A DNA stretch of 64,000 nucleotides from Candidatus Nitrospinota bacterium M3_3B_026 (GTDB lineage: Bacteria; Nitrospinota_A; UBA7883; JBPRGF01). The position numbers were made by a program, and so were the translations under genes. The notes beneath the pieces are model-generated. The model worked only from the letters and a program-made list of their open reading frames with translations. It had not been told where the DNA came from and did not search any database. Numbering within the stretch: position 1 is the stretch's first letter; each line of letters opens with the position of its first letter. The stretch is from the NCBI GenBank assembly GCA_051418015.1, contig JBPRGF010000017.1, positions 128,001 through 192,000 of the forward strand, given 5' to 3'. Shown here one piece after another: positions 36,751 through 46,737 of the stretch.

Positions 36751-37954
36751 GCCGCACCTCCTCGTATCCGGCTTTTTGGCCTGGATTTTCATCTACGCGA
36801 ATGGATTTCCCAACACGTTTTGCAAATGCGGGTGAGACCTGTCTATCACAGCGCAGCGTCGCGACCACATCGCCACGCTCGACAACCTCTCCCATAATAC
36901 GCTTTAGCACGACGCCACACGGGTCCGGAAATACCATCCGGTCTCCAGATGCTCGTTGCTGTTCGTCCACAATGCACTCGCGAAGAGAGTCGAGCTCTGG
37001 AACCAGGAAACCGCTCGCCTTAGCTGTCACGTATGATACCGGGGCAGATGCAACCGACTTTGCTCGTCTGAGGAGCGCGTCGAACGTCGCGCCTTGAGCC
37101 ATTAGGTTCTCTTTCGTATGTTGCCTCAAGGAATCTTGGTCCAAGGACGCCGTTCTCTCTGCCCCTACTAACCCACGGGCCATCGCCTGGCACAATAGTG
37201 CATGGTTACGCAGTTCGCTCCCTACTTCTTCACCAAGGGTTAGAATGAGAGCTTGAAGCGCTTCGCCTCTCCCGATAAAAGGTTGGTAGGGCCTTGATGC
37301 GTCCGTCAAGAAGCATACGGCTTCCATATCGAGCAGTCTTGCGACTTCGCAGAATCGTCTCGCGTTAGCGCGAGCCTCGTCCCAAGTGCTACCGAAATTG
37401 CAGTGGGTTCCGACGCGAACTTCAAGTCCGACCGTCTCAATACCGACCGCAAGCTTCTTGGAGAGGATGCTGGCAATAACCAACGACGGAATCGCAAGCG
37501 CGCTATGATCTCTTCTGAAGGTAAATAGAGCTTTGTCGAGAGGGGCTATGTCAGAGCCCGCCAGAACATGAGCGTATCCGCAGAAGTCTACTGCCCTCTG
37601 CATTTCGATAGCCGTGAGATCTACTTTATATCCAGGCACCTGAGCTAGAACGTCCACGCCCCCAGCGGGACGCCCAGGTACACCCACCTTCGGCACAACA
37701 TACCCCAAAGAACGCAAGTAGAGGGGGCACAGAATTGTCGAAAGCGAACTCGGTCCACCAGTCGAGGCTATATCCGCTGTTTTGTAACGTTCGCGGAAGT
37801 GGAGAAGTGTACCAGAGTTAGCCATCATTTGTGCAAGATGGGCAACATCGTCATCTGCCATCTCGTCGCTCAGAGCACAAGACGTGACATTTTGCATCGC
37901 ATCTTCTGAGTATGTGGCGGCCAAGGCATCAATGACCTTCCGGCATCTAGTCAT
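36743..37954 (-). CDS. Divergent thymidine/pyrimidine-nucleoside phosphorylase-family protein
   Basis: DIASTGG, IAPLDK, ASILSKKLA.G, IGRGEA, AKASGF, GEVVERGD. Confidence 0.8.
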   Translation of the reverse strand: MTRCRKVIDALAATYSEDAMQNVTSCALSDEMADDDVAHLAQMMANSGTLLHFRERYKTADIASTGGPSSLSTILCPLYLRSLGYVVPKVGVPGRPAGGVDVLAQVPGYKVDLTAIEMQRAVDFCGYAHVLAGSDIAPLDKALFTFRRDHSALAIPSLVIASILSKKLAVGIETVGLEVRVGTHCNFGSTWDEARANARRFCEVARLLDMEAVCFLTDASRPYQPFIGRGEALQALILTLGEEVGSELRNHALLCQAMARGLVGAERTASLDQDSLRQHTKENLMAQGATFDALLRRAKSVASAPVSYVTAKASGFLVPELDSLRECIVDEQQRASGDRMVFPDPCGVVLKRIMGEVVERGDVVATLRCDRQVSPAFAKRVGKSIRVDENPGQKAGYEEVRHA

Positions 37955-38403
37955 TGTCTTTTGCCCTCTACTAGTTTAGTATTGCACTTGTTACGTAGTC
38001 GATTGCTGACAGCGGCGGCGATTGCATCTATGCAGGACTCCAGATCTGATTCAACCTGATGTTGCCAAAGTCTTATGACCCTCCAGTCGCGACTGCGTAA
38101 TAACCGAAAATTCCGTTGATCCCTCTCGCGGTTTGTCTGTATCTTTTTCCGCCAAAAATGCGAAAGGGAATTCTTCCACATAGGAAACCTATATCCGTGC
38201 CAGAAGTCACCGTCCACAAAGACGGCGACGCGAGCTTTGCTGAAAACTATGTCCGGTTTGCCAGGCAGTTCCTTGACGTGCTTACGGAACCTTAACCCTC
38301 TCCTATGAAGCGCTGACCGCACCCGCACCTCCAGACCCGTATCCTTCCCCTTGATGCGGGACATGCAATAGCTTCTTTGCTCGGGGGTCAGGTTATCCGG
38401 CAT
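37951..38403 (-). CDS. vsr: Very short patch repair endonuclease
   Basis: RSYCMSRIKGKDT..E, LPGKPDI, FVDGDFWHG, NRERD. Confidence 0.92.
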   Translation of the reverse strand: MPDNLTPEQRSYCMSRIKGKDTGLEVRVRSALHRRGLRFRKHVKELPGKPDIVFSKARVAVFVDGDFWHGYRFPMWKNSLSHFWRKKIQTNRERDQRNFRLLRSRDWRVIRLWQHQVESDLESCIDAIAAAVSNRLRNKCNTKLVEGKRQ

Positions 38404-38407
38404 ATCT

Positions 38408-41323
38408 TCACGGCTCCTGATACAGGCTGAACGCACGGGCCATCTCCCTGCGGCCCGGCAGATGGAGCTCCGGTGGAACCGTGGTCAGTACGCTGAAATT
38501 TTGTGGCGTGCCGGGACATATCGCTCTGAAATCGCAGCCGCCGCACTTATCGGGATGCGGCCGCATGGGGAAATCCGACTCAAGGATACCCGTCACCGCC
38601 CATTCAATATTGGCGAGAGCGGCGTCCACCGCCTCCTGAGTGATCGGCACTTCAACCCGCTGGTTGTCCTTTAGGAGATGCACGCTGCCGGTTCTGGCGT
38701 TCTGCCCCAAAACCTGATCGGCCACCCGCGCATAGAGCTGCACCTGCAGGGCGAGTTCGGTCCAATCGAGGTCTTCGTTGGCGTCGGGTTGCTCTCCGCC
38801 TTCCACGGTCTTGAAATCGATGATCTCCGCCTGGAGTATGTTTCCCTCTTCATCTTCATGAAGCAGAAGGTCAATCGAGCCGGATATGACACAATTCGAG
38901 GCCGGAATCTCAAACACCGCTTCCACCTGACGCTCCCGCTCGAAATCGCCGCCGAAAGCGGCGACATAGTTTTCCATGATTTCCACAGCCCGATCCCTGG
39001 AATTTTCATAAGCACCCGGCCGGTTCACAGGATCGCCGCTCTGAGGAACGTGTTTCAGATGGAAAGTGTTCAACACCACCGGCTCGATCTGGTCCGGGTC
39101 GGGGGGCGCGTCCGGGTTGAGTTCATGTAGCTTCTGGATGGAGGTGTGGACGGTCCTGCCGTAACCGAACATTTCCGGAACAACCGGATTGAGACCGTAC
39201 CTCTCCCGGAACTGATAGCTTTTCGGACACTGGAGATAGTATCTGATCTCGGTGAAGCTTGTCGGATAGTCGGCGTCTTCAACCCTCCTGCGCGGCGGTG
39301 CTTGAACAAGCCCGTTCGGCAGCCCCGCGGGGTCTTGGTCCACGGCGGGATGAGTCGCCAGCCGCAACGCAAAGGGCGATTGTCGGGCCGGTCGTTTCGC
39401 CAGCGGGAGGCTTTCAGCGCCGCTCACATATAGATACCTTTCGGCCCGCGTCGCAGCCGTATAAAACAGCCTGATTTCCTCATCCGGAGTGCTCTGATAA
39501 GCGCCGCGGGTGATCGCTGGCGTCATGACGCCGGGGGGCAGCCACCCGGAGTAACGGTTCCTTCGCTTCGGAAATCTGTGCGCCTCCGCATCCACGACGA
39601 ACACGCACGGGAACTCAAGGCCTTTCATCTTGTGGACGGTGGATACCGTGACCGCATCCGGTCGCTGAAGGACATCGTCCGTGGAAACGTCATACCCGGT
39701 GTCCGCCGCGTTCTGGAGGAAGTTGAGAACCTCGGAAAACCGTTGTCTCGAGTCGACGCTCATGTAAACGGTTTCAACATCCAAAATCATGCGGCTGAAC
39801 AGGCCGATATCTCGCATGACGTCGTCGTTGAAATTCGTTCCGGCGACGTTGAAGGCCTCCAGCAGATCATAAACGAGCTGTTGCGGATAGAGCCGTATCC
39901 TCGTCGAACCTTGAGGGCGGTGAATCCGCTGAATCCAGTCGGTGAGAACCCGGACCAAAGCATTGAAGTCGGCGTTGGGATAGGCGGGCAGGACCTGGTT
40001 ATTGAAATGCTGCTGCAGAGTGTTTCGATCAAGCGGTATGTTGCGCAGCAGCTCGAAGGTGTTGCGCAGGACCGCCGTCTGGGGCCGGTCGAAAGGTCCT
40101 CCGCCAGCCTCCAAACTGAACGGAATCCCCATGTTTTCCAGAGCGGCGGTGAATGCGCCATGCCTGGGGGTGCTGTCTTGTTCCGCCTGCCGGGTGGACC
40201 GCATCAGTACCGCAAAGTCAGCGGGGGTCAACCCGTGGACGCTTCCATTGTCATCATACGCCGTTCCGAGCAGGTCACGGATTCGTCCGGCGACCCACTC
40301 CGCCTCCGCCGCACGGTCCGGGAACCATACCACCCGAAAATCCTGCGGTGATCTGTTTGCGAAAGCCGTCGGTGTTTTGGGGATTCTGCTGGGGCCCAAA
40401 GCAGCGGCCGCGAAAGCATCCGAGGCCTGTATGATCGGTTCCGTGCTCCTGAAGTTCTGCGACAGAGTATGTACGCTGCAGCCGCCGTATCGTTGCTGAA
40501 ACTCGAGAATGTTGCTGACGTCCGCCCCCCGCCAGGCATAGATCGACTGGTCATCGTCGCCGACAACAAAGAGGGAGTCTGAGCGTTGATGAAGAAGGCG
40601 GATCAGCTCCTCTTGGCAGGGGTTCACATCTTGGTATTCGTCCACCATGAGGTGGCGCAGCAATCCGATACCGTTTTCCACACCCGGTGCATTGTTTCGA
40701 ACCGCTTCCACCACGTTGCGGATCATTAACGAGAAATCGATATACTGATCCGCCCGAAGACCGTCTTGAATGCGCACAAGCAGATCCCCGAGATCCGGGT
40801 CTTCCGCTGAAACCGCGGCGAAATCCAGCAGCTCGTCGTTGGCGGTTTTCCAGGTGTCGGACGTCTGTTTGATGGTGTCGAAGTAACTGTTGCCCCTTGC
40901 GCGTCCGCGGAAGTTCTGCAATCCCAGCCGGTAATAGCGTGAAATCAGATATAGCTTCAGCCGGTTTTCATCAAGAACGTCGAACTGGCGGTATGTGGCG
41001 TCAATATCCCCCAGGATGCGCTGACAATACGCGTGAATGGTCCCGATATACATCGCCCCCATCACGGTAGGGTCAAGCCCGGCGGCCGCCAATGCCTGTG
41101 AAACGCGGCGCTTGATGGACTCCGCCGCCTTTTCCGTAAACGTGAACGCCACGATTCCTTCCGGGGCTTCACCCTGGGCAAGGAGTCTGGCGATCCGGTA
41201 GGCGAGCGTCCTCGATTTTCCCGATCCGGCGCATGCCAGACACAGCACTTCACGCACAGGATCGACGGCGGCTGCGTATTGATCCGGCGTCAACTCACTC
41301 CGTAAGACCTGGTCGATACTCAT
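38408..41323 (-). CDS. UvrD/SF1 helicase with C-terminal PD-(D/E)xK nuclease
   Basis: ACAGSGKS, VDEYQD, VGDDDQSIY, NFRST, HKMKGLEF, RLFY; QCP...GSID...IIDFKT...QLY...CGGCDFRAIC. Confidence 0.88.
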   Translation of the reverse strand: MSIDQVLRSELTPDQYAAAVDPVREVLCLACAGSGKSRTLAYRIARLLAQGEAPEGIVAFTFTEKAAESIKRRVSQALAAAGLDPTVMGAMYIGTIHAYCQRILGDIDATYRQFDVLDENRLKLYLISRYYRLGLQNFRGRARGNSYFDTIKQTSDTWKTANDELLDFAAVSAEDPDLGDLLVRIQDGLRADQYIDFSLMIRNVVEAVRNNAPGVENGIGLLRHLMVDEYQDVNPCQEELIRLLHQRSDSLFVVGDDDQSIYAWRGADVSNILEFQQRYGGCSVHTLSQNFRSTEPIIQASDAFAAAALGPSRIPKTPTAFANRSPQDFRVVWFPDRAAEAEWVAGRIRDLLGTAYDDNGSVHGLTPADFAVLMRSTRQAEQDSTPRHGAFTAALENMGIPFSLEAGGGPFDRPQTAVLRNTFELLRNIPLDRNTLQQHFNNQVLPAYPNADFNALVRVLTDWIQRIHRPQGSTRIRLYPQQLVYDLLEAFNVAGTNFNDDVMRDIGLFSRMILDVETVYMSVDSRQRFSEVLNFLQNAADTGYDVSTDDVLQRPDAVTVSTVHKMKGLEFPCVFVVDAEAHRFPKRRNRYSGWLPPGVMTPAITRGAYQSTPDEEIRLFYTAATRAERYLYVSGAESLPLAKRPARQSPFALRLATHPAVDQDPAGLPNGLVQAPPRRRVEDADYPTSFTEIRYYLQCPKSYQFRERYGLNPVVPEMFGYGRTVHTSIQKLHELNPDAPPDPDQIEPVVLNTFHLKHVPQSGDPVNRPGAYENSRDRAVEIMENYVAAFGGDFERERQVEAVFEIPASNCVISGSIDLLLHEDEEGNILQAEIIDFKTVEGGEQPDANEDLDWTELALQVQLYARVADQVLGQNARTGSVHLLKDNQRVEVPITQEAVDAALANIEWAVTGILESDFPMRPHPDKCGGCDFRAICPGTPQNFSVLTTVPPELHLPGRREMARAFSLYQEP

Positions 41324-41348
41324 AGTCAAAAGGGCCCTTTCCCGATGG

Positions 41349-42425
41349 TTATGTCCCGCCTTTGCTCTGCAGGGCGTTTCGTATCATTTTGGCGTGCGCC
41401 GTAATGAAAGGCGGCGGCAGCGCATTCCCGATCATCAAGGCGACGGCGGACTTGTTGTCGGTCGTCGGAAATTTGTACCGGCGGGGAAATCCCTGCAGCA
41501 AGGCAGCCTCCCGCATGGTGATCGCACGGTCCTCTTTTGGATGAAGGAATCTGCCCTTTGAGGGATTGAAACATCCACTGGTGATCGTGGGGGCCACATC
41601 ACCCCATGCCATGCGGCCGTAAACGTCTTTAAAGCCGTTGCAACGCTTGTGGCAATTCAGTTGGTCTTCCTCCGGCAGGTCGGTACGGCTTCCGCCGTCT
41701 TTTGGGATACGTTGGATCAGTTCCATGATCCTCATTGTGCGCTTTTCATATAAGTCGTGTACCGAATCGCCGCTTTCGCCCGCTTTCGGTAGGCCACCGA
41801 TAGTGTCCCTAATCGTTTTTATTCCGCGAACTGGTTTTGCAAATGGAATTTCAATCCGGAAACCCGCAAGATATATCAGCCTTCGTCGGCGTTGAGGCAC
41901 TCCGTATTCCGCTGCATTAAGAATGCGGTGATGCCCAATGTATCCGAATTTCTTCATTTGCTTACAGAAAGCAGTGAACCTTTCGTCAGCAGCCAGGCCG
42001 GGCACGTTTTCCATCATGACCGATTTTGGACGTAGTTCCTCTACGAAGCGTTGGAAGTCGAAAAGGAGATCGTTCCTTGAATCTTCAACACACCGCGAAC
42101 CATTGAGTGTCCGCATGGTCGAAAAGCCTTGGCAGGGCGGGCAGCCCGCCAAAAGGTCGAGATCACCCTTTCTCAGGTCGAGAGCTCTTTTTACAGTGGA
42201 GACCTTCAACTCTTGGATATAGACTTCCCATGTTTTCACTTCCGGGTGATTGGCTTGGTATGTTTCTAAGGACAAGGGATCGATATCCACAGCTCCCAGC
42301 ACACTGAAGCCCGCCTTTTTTAATCCGAGGGTTAATCCGCCGCAACCGCAAAACAGGTCGATCGCTGTCGGTTTTTCGTTGCCGCTGGAGGGTCGTCTCT
42401 TACTTTGTTTGGTCTTACGTCTCAT
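41349..42425 (-). CDS. dcm: DNA (cytosine-5) methyltransferase
   Basis: DLFCGCGG, GCPPCQGFS, MENVPG, GVPQRRRR, IGNA. Confidence 0.92.
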   Translation of the reverse strand: MRRKTKQSKRRPSSGNEKPTAIDLFCGCGGLTLGLKKAGFSVLGAVDIDPLSLETYQANHPEVKTWEVYIQELKVSTVKRALDLRKGDLDLLAGCPPCQGFSTMRTLNGSRCVEDSRNDLLFDFQRFVEELRPKSVMMENVPGLAADERFTAFCKQMKKFGYIGHHRILNAAEYGVPQRRRRLIYLAGFRIEIPFAKPVRGIKTIRDTIGGLPKAGESGDSVHDLYEKRTMRIMELIQRIPKDGGSRTDLPEEDQLNCHKRCNGFKDVYGRMAWGDVAPTITSGCFNPSKGRFLHPKEDRAITMREAALLQGFPRRYKFPTTDNKSAVALMIGNALPPPFITAHAKMIRNALQSKGGT

Positions 42426-42554
42426 CGTGGAGCTTTCCTGTTTTTTGATCAGGCATACTGCCAAGCGCTTCCCGGAAATTAACAACCAATGAACAGGTAA
42501 CTATGAGAACACGATGAGAGCGATACACCCTTTGCAAAGTGCCCGTAGATCTTT

Positions 42555-43582
42555 TTAGGTCGAAAACTTGTAAAAGCATCCGTTTTGCCCCACAACTTCA
42601 CCGAGCCTTGGTGGAACGGCGTTGCCTATCAACCGCCCTAGCTTGGTGAAAGATACCTTCTCCTGGTTCGAGAAATTTATTTTCTCGGAAACGACTGCAG
42701 AATGGAACCTTCTCGAAGAGATAACCCTCTGTCCTGTTCTGGATGTCCGAAACGACCATTGCCGAAGCCGAAGTATTGTGTCGTTATGGTGGGAGAAGGA
42801 ATGTCCCATTCCATGCGCCCATAAACGCCTGGGTATGTTTTTCCACTATTTCTCTTATGACATGCGGCAATAAGGTCTTGAGGCCAATCACGCCAAGTCC
42901 CGCCAGACTTAGACGCTCTAATTCTCTTGAGGTTGAGTTCGGAAAGCCCGGCCGTCGCATGAAGAGGATCGCTTGAAGAGGCCGTCCCGGCCTCCAAAGG
43001 CTCAAGATTCCCTATCGCATCCCGAACGGTACAATACTTCTCGGGAGGATGAGAGGGTTTAAGCTCCGGTGGTTTTCCATGACGAATCGCAAGCAGAACG
43101 AGTCTTGTCCTGTTTTGAGGAATCCCATAGTCAGGGCAGAATAAACGCTCTGTATATGTCCATTGGTATTTATGACGCTCAAGAAGCTTCAAAAAATCCG
43201 AGAAGACCGCATGGCGAGCGATGCCTGGCACATTCTCCATAGAAACGACATCCGGCTTGACTTCGGAAATTATATTGCCGAAGTGATAAAGCAAACCCCA
43301 ACTTTCATCCGGACGAGCAGTTCTCGTATAGCTGGAAAATGGTTGGCAGGGAGGACATCCCGCAAGCATAGTAATATCGGAGCCGGACAAGAGTTTCTTT
43401 ATCAGGCCGGGAGGGGTCTTCGTGATGTCCTGCTCGTAAAAGGCGGTCTCGTTATTTTCAGTGTAAGGGAAATGGCAGGCTGAATCCACGTCGAACCCCG
43501 CGACCACATTGATCCCGGCGCGTCGAAGGCCATTCGTAAGCCCTCCGGCTCCGCAAAACATATCCACGCAGGAAATCATCAT
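42555..43582 (-). pseudogene. dcm: Second C5 DNA methyltransferase, frameshifted near 42678
   Basis: DMFCGAGG, PPCQ, ENV intact; TAA at 42677; motif X (LIGNAVPP) continues in another frame. Confidence 0.7.
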
Positions 43583-43717
43583 GCCTCATCCCCGATTTTC
43601 AAAACAGGCTCGCCGAGCCTTATCGTTTCCCCTTTTTCAAATTCTAGCGCGACGCCATTAATACCCGCCTTGGACAAAAACATTCTAACCTATTCTTGAT
43701 CCAGTCTTCGATCCCCC

Positions 43718-44122
43718 TCACAACCGGTTCACCATTCTCCTGATTCCGTCCCTGAGATGCGTGGCGCCGAAGTTTATGAGCAGTCCGATTTTCCAGCGGC
43801 CGGCGCGGAGGTATGAGAGTAGCTGTGCTTCGTGGCGCCGGCTGAGTTTCGCGGCGGCTTTAAGCTCGACGGCGATCTCCCGCTCGACGACCAGGTCAAC
43901 CCTCATGCCGGCGTCGATCCTGGCGCCGTCGTAGACGACGGGGACGGGTACCTGCCGGCGGACGCGCAGTCCGCGTTTACGCAGCTCGTGCTCGAGGCAG
44001 GCTTCGTACGCGTTCTCGGTTCTCCAGCGCCCGAGGGCGGAGTGGACCTTCATGGCGGCGTCGACGATCTCGCCGCTGACAGCGTTCAGGTCCTTTTCCG
44101 TCCATCCCGGTCTTTTCGTCAT
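43718..44122 (-). CDS. GxxExxY family protein
   Basis: VHSALGRWRTENAYE, DLVVE...VELKA, QLLSYL, GLLINF. Confidence 0.85.
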   Translation of the reverse strand: MTKRPGWTEKDLNAVSGEIVDAAMKVHSALGRWRTENAYEACLEHELRKRGLRVRRQVPVPVVYDGARIDAGMRVDLVVEREIAVELKAAAKLSRRHEAQLLSYLRAGRWKIGLLINFGATHLRDGIRRMVNRL

Positions 44123-44168
44123 GATCGTTCTCTCTCCATGTCGTTATCCCTTCTTTCCGCCATGCGCC

Positions 44169-44762
44169 TCACTTCCCCGATCGCGCGGCGAGGGTCCGGT
44201 GGACGAGCGACTTCGACACGCCGAATGTGTCGGCGATCCTCCTGACGGACGCGCCGCGGCTTCGCATCATCCTTATCTCGGCGGCGCGTTCCGGAGACAG
44301 GACGCCCGGCCTGCCGTGGCGTTTTCCCTTGGCCCGGGCGTTTGCGATGCCGGCCCGCACCCTTTCTCTTATCAGCTCCCGCTCGAACTGGGCGAAGGCC
44401 CCGAGCAGGTGGAACATCAGCCTTCCGGTGGGGCTTGTGAGGTCGAGGTTCTCGTGGTAGGAGACGAACCCCACGCCCAGGGCGCGCAGCTCGTCGAGGG
44501 TCATCACCAGGTGCCGCAACGACCTGCCCAGCCTGTCGAGCCGCCACACCAGGATCAGGTCCACCTTTCGTTTTCGCGCGTCGGCCAGCATGGCGTCGAG
44601 CTCGGGCCTGCGGTCCTTGGCGCCGGACTGGCCCACGTCGACGTATTCGCGGAACACCTCCCATCCCCTGGCGGCGGCGTACTCGCGCAGATCGCGCAGC
44701 TGCAGGTCCGCGTCCTGTCCCTTGCCGGCGGTGGATACGCGGGCGTAGAGAGCGGCCTTCAT
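44169..44762 (-). CDS. Serine recombinase (resolvase/invertase)
   Basis: YARVST, SGAK.RRP, LDRLGRS, C-terminal HTH. Confidence 0.92.
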   Translation of the reverse strand: MKAALYARVSTAGKGQDADLQLRDLREYAAARGWEVFREYVDVGQSGAKDRRPELDAMLADARKRKVDLILVWRLDRLGRSLRHLVMTLDELRALGVGFVSYHENLDLTSPTGRLMFHLLGAFAQFERELIRERVRAGIANARAKGKRHGRPGVLSPERAAEIRMMRSRGASVRRIADTFGVSKSLVHRTLAARSGK

Positions 44763-45064
44763 TTCTTCGTCTTCTCCTCCACGGCCGCGGCGGGGAGGTT
44801 GCGGGGAGGTTTGTATGGGATGCCCGTTTTCTTCAGCACCTTCACTGTCACCTCATGCAGGGCGACGGTGGCGGCCTCGTACTCGGCCAGCAGCGGCAGG
44901 ACCTCCTCGGCCGGCCAGCGGATAATCATCCCGTTGCGCAGCGTCCTCAGGCCCCTGTCGGCCTGTTTGGCGATGGCCAGCACGCGCCTGGTGTCCGGCA
45001 CCCGGGCGGCTATGACCCACGCGGCGTCGAATGGCCGCGCGGGCTTTTTGGGTTTATCGTTCAT
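44759..45064 (-). CDS. Hypothetical protein
   Basis: Start and stop overlap neighbours; aaggaga RBS. Confidence 0.55.
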   Translation of the reverse strand: MNDKPKKPARPFDAAWVIAARVPDTRRVLAIAKQADRGLRTLRNGMIIRWPAEEVLPLLAEYEAATVALHEVTVKVLKKTGIPYKPPRNLPAAAVEEKTKK

Positions 45065-45768
45065 GACGTTCTCCTTCTGTTCCTGTAACCGTTTACCACG
45101 ATGGAGACGGCGGGTATCGTAAGGAACGCCGCCGTCGTCATCACCACGAACCACGACGCCGTCAGCAGCGCCGGGCGCAGCCCGAGGACCGCGTAGTAGA
45201 CCCTGTCCAGCGTCTCCGTGGATAGAGTCCCGTCCAGCGCGCCGAGCGCCCAGGCCACGCGCGCGGGCGTGGTCTGGATATAGGCGAAGTGGAAGAAGAT
45301 CACGGCTATGGCCGCCTTCACCGCCGCGCCGAGCCCGGCCCCTCCCAGGAGGTTTCGTATCATCTTGCGGGAGAAGGGTCCGGCGTATTCCCTGCCGAGC
45401 GACGCCATGAAGAAGGCGTATCCCACGGGGAACCCCACGGCCAGGGCGAAAGCGAACGCCTGGTCGAACGCCGATGGCTCCGAATCGCCGAATGCCGGGA
45501 TCATCCTCTCCACCACGGCGATGGCCAGCGGGCTGAACAGCGCGCTGACCAGCCCGGAGACGAACGCGGCCTTGAACCCCACCTCGAAGAAGGTGATGGC
45601 GTTGGCCAGTGTGAAATAGTCGCCGTCGATCCTGCCGCCGCGCCGTTCGACCGCGGCGACCTGCTCGATCTCCGACACGGCCTCGACGAGCCCCTTGGGG
45701 CGCATCGGCGGGGCTCCGGCGAAGATGACGGATCCGCCGCCTCCCGACGATGAGGAGCTCTCAGCCAT
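45061..45768 (-). CDS. Polytopic membrane protein
   Basis: About 4 TM segments; coupled in traD-traI operon. Confidence 0.65.
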   Translation of the reverse strand: MAESSSSSGGGGSVIFAGAPPMRPKGLVEAVSEIEQVAAVERRGGRIDGDYFTLANAITFFEVGFKAAFVSGLVSALFSPLAIAVVERMIPAFGDSEPSAFDQAFAFALAVGFPVGYAFFMASLGREYAGPFSRKMIRNLLGGAGLGAAVKAAIAVIFFHFAYIQTTPARVAWALGALDGTLSTETLDRVYYAVLGLRPALLTASWFVVMTTAAFLTIPAVSIVVNGYRNRRRTS

Positions 45769-46015
45769 CGATCACTCCCACGAGCTCGAGGACCCACGCG
45801 CCGTAAGTGAATACGCAGGCCACGAGGAAAAGCCACAGCGCCACGAGGAACTGCTGGCGGCGCACGCCGTACCAGAAGGACATAACCAGCGCCGCCGTGG
45901 CAAAAGTCCTCGCCCAGAACCCCCGCAGCGTCGTGGCGAACAGCGCGTCCCAGAAAGACAGATACTCCTCCGGGGAGAAATGGCGCAGGGGGTCCAGGCC
46001 GTCCAGCGGGCTCAC
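45761..46015 (-). CDS. Small 2-TM protein
   Basis: GTG overlaps HD-GYP stop; hydrophobic. Confidence 0.55.
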   Translation of the reverse strand: MSPLDGLDPLRHFSPEEYLSFWDALFATTLRGFWARTFATAALVMSFWYGVRRQQFLVALWLFLVACVFTYGAWVLELVGVIDG

Positions 46016-46737
46016 GGCGCTTCCTCCCCGGCCTGCCCGCAGAACGCGCGGTCGAGGCATCGCGAACACCCCGAATCCCCCCACAACTCCAGCGTGTCCC
46101 ACTGGGCGCAGGCCGGTACCGCGGACGGCGGCGGCCAGGTCCTGACGATCCGCTCGACGGCGCCCCTTTCGCCGAGCCGCTCCCACGCCGCCGTGACGGC
46201 GGAGTCGAACGCGGCCCCGGCAAGGTCCAGTACCTCCCGCATGGCCTTTTCGATGGGCCAGGCGGGTTTGTACGGTCTTGCCGACACCAGCGCGTCGAAG
46301 ACGTCGGCGACGGCGGCTATGCGGGCGCATAGGGGGATATCCTCCCCGGCCAGGCCGTCCGGATATCCCTTCCCGTCCCACCGCTCGTGGTGGCTTCTCG
46401 ACACCGTCCGGGCCGTCCCGAAAGCCTCGTCGGCCGGGATGATCCAGGAGCCGTCTATCGTGTGGCGTTTTACGATCCTGTACTCGACGGCGGTCAGGGG
46501 GGCGGTCTTGGCCAGTATGGCGGAGGGTATTGTCAGCTTGCCCACGTCGTGGGCCAGGGCGGCGATCCCCATCTCCACCGTCTCGCGCCGGGTCATGCCG
46601 AGTTCGAGGCTTAGGACCTCGCAATAGGCTCGGACGCGGCGCAGGTGGTTGCCGGTGTGCCCGTCCCGCCGCTCGGCCAGGCCGGCCAGCGACACGACCA
46701 CGTCGCGCCGAATCGAAAAGATCCTTCGCTCAGTCAT
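46012..46737 (-). CDS. Stand-alone HD-GYP cyclic-dinucleotide phosphodiesterase
   Basis: TGNH..RV, AHDVGK, HHERWDGKGYPDGL, ADVFDAL...RPYK. Confidence 0.9.
   Translation of the reverse strand: MTERRIFSIRRDVVVSLAGLAERRDGHTGNHLRRVRAYCEVLSLELGMTRRETVEMGIAALAHDVGKLTIPSAILAKTAPLTAVEYRIVKRHTIDGSWIIPADEAFGTARTVSRSHHERWDGKGYPDGLAGEDIPLCARIAAVADVFDALVSARPYKPAWPIEKAMREVLDLAGAAFDSAVTAAWERLGERGAVERIVRTWPPPSAVPACAQWDTLELWGDSGCSRCLDRAFCGQAGEEAP

Noticed and set aside
38408..42425. DISARM or Gabija assignment
   Set aside because: No DrmA/B/C or GajA-type gene is visible
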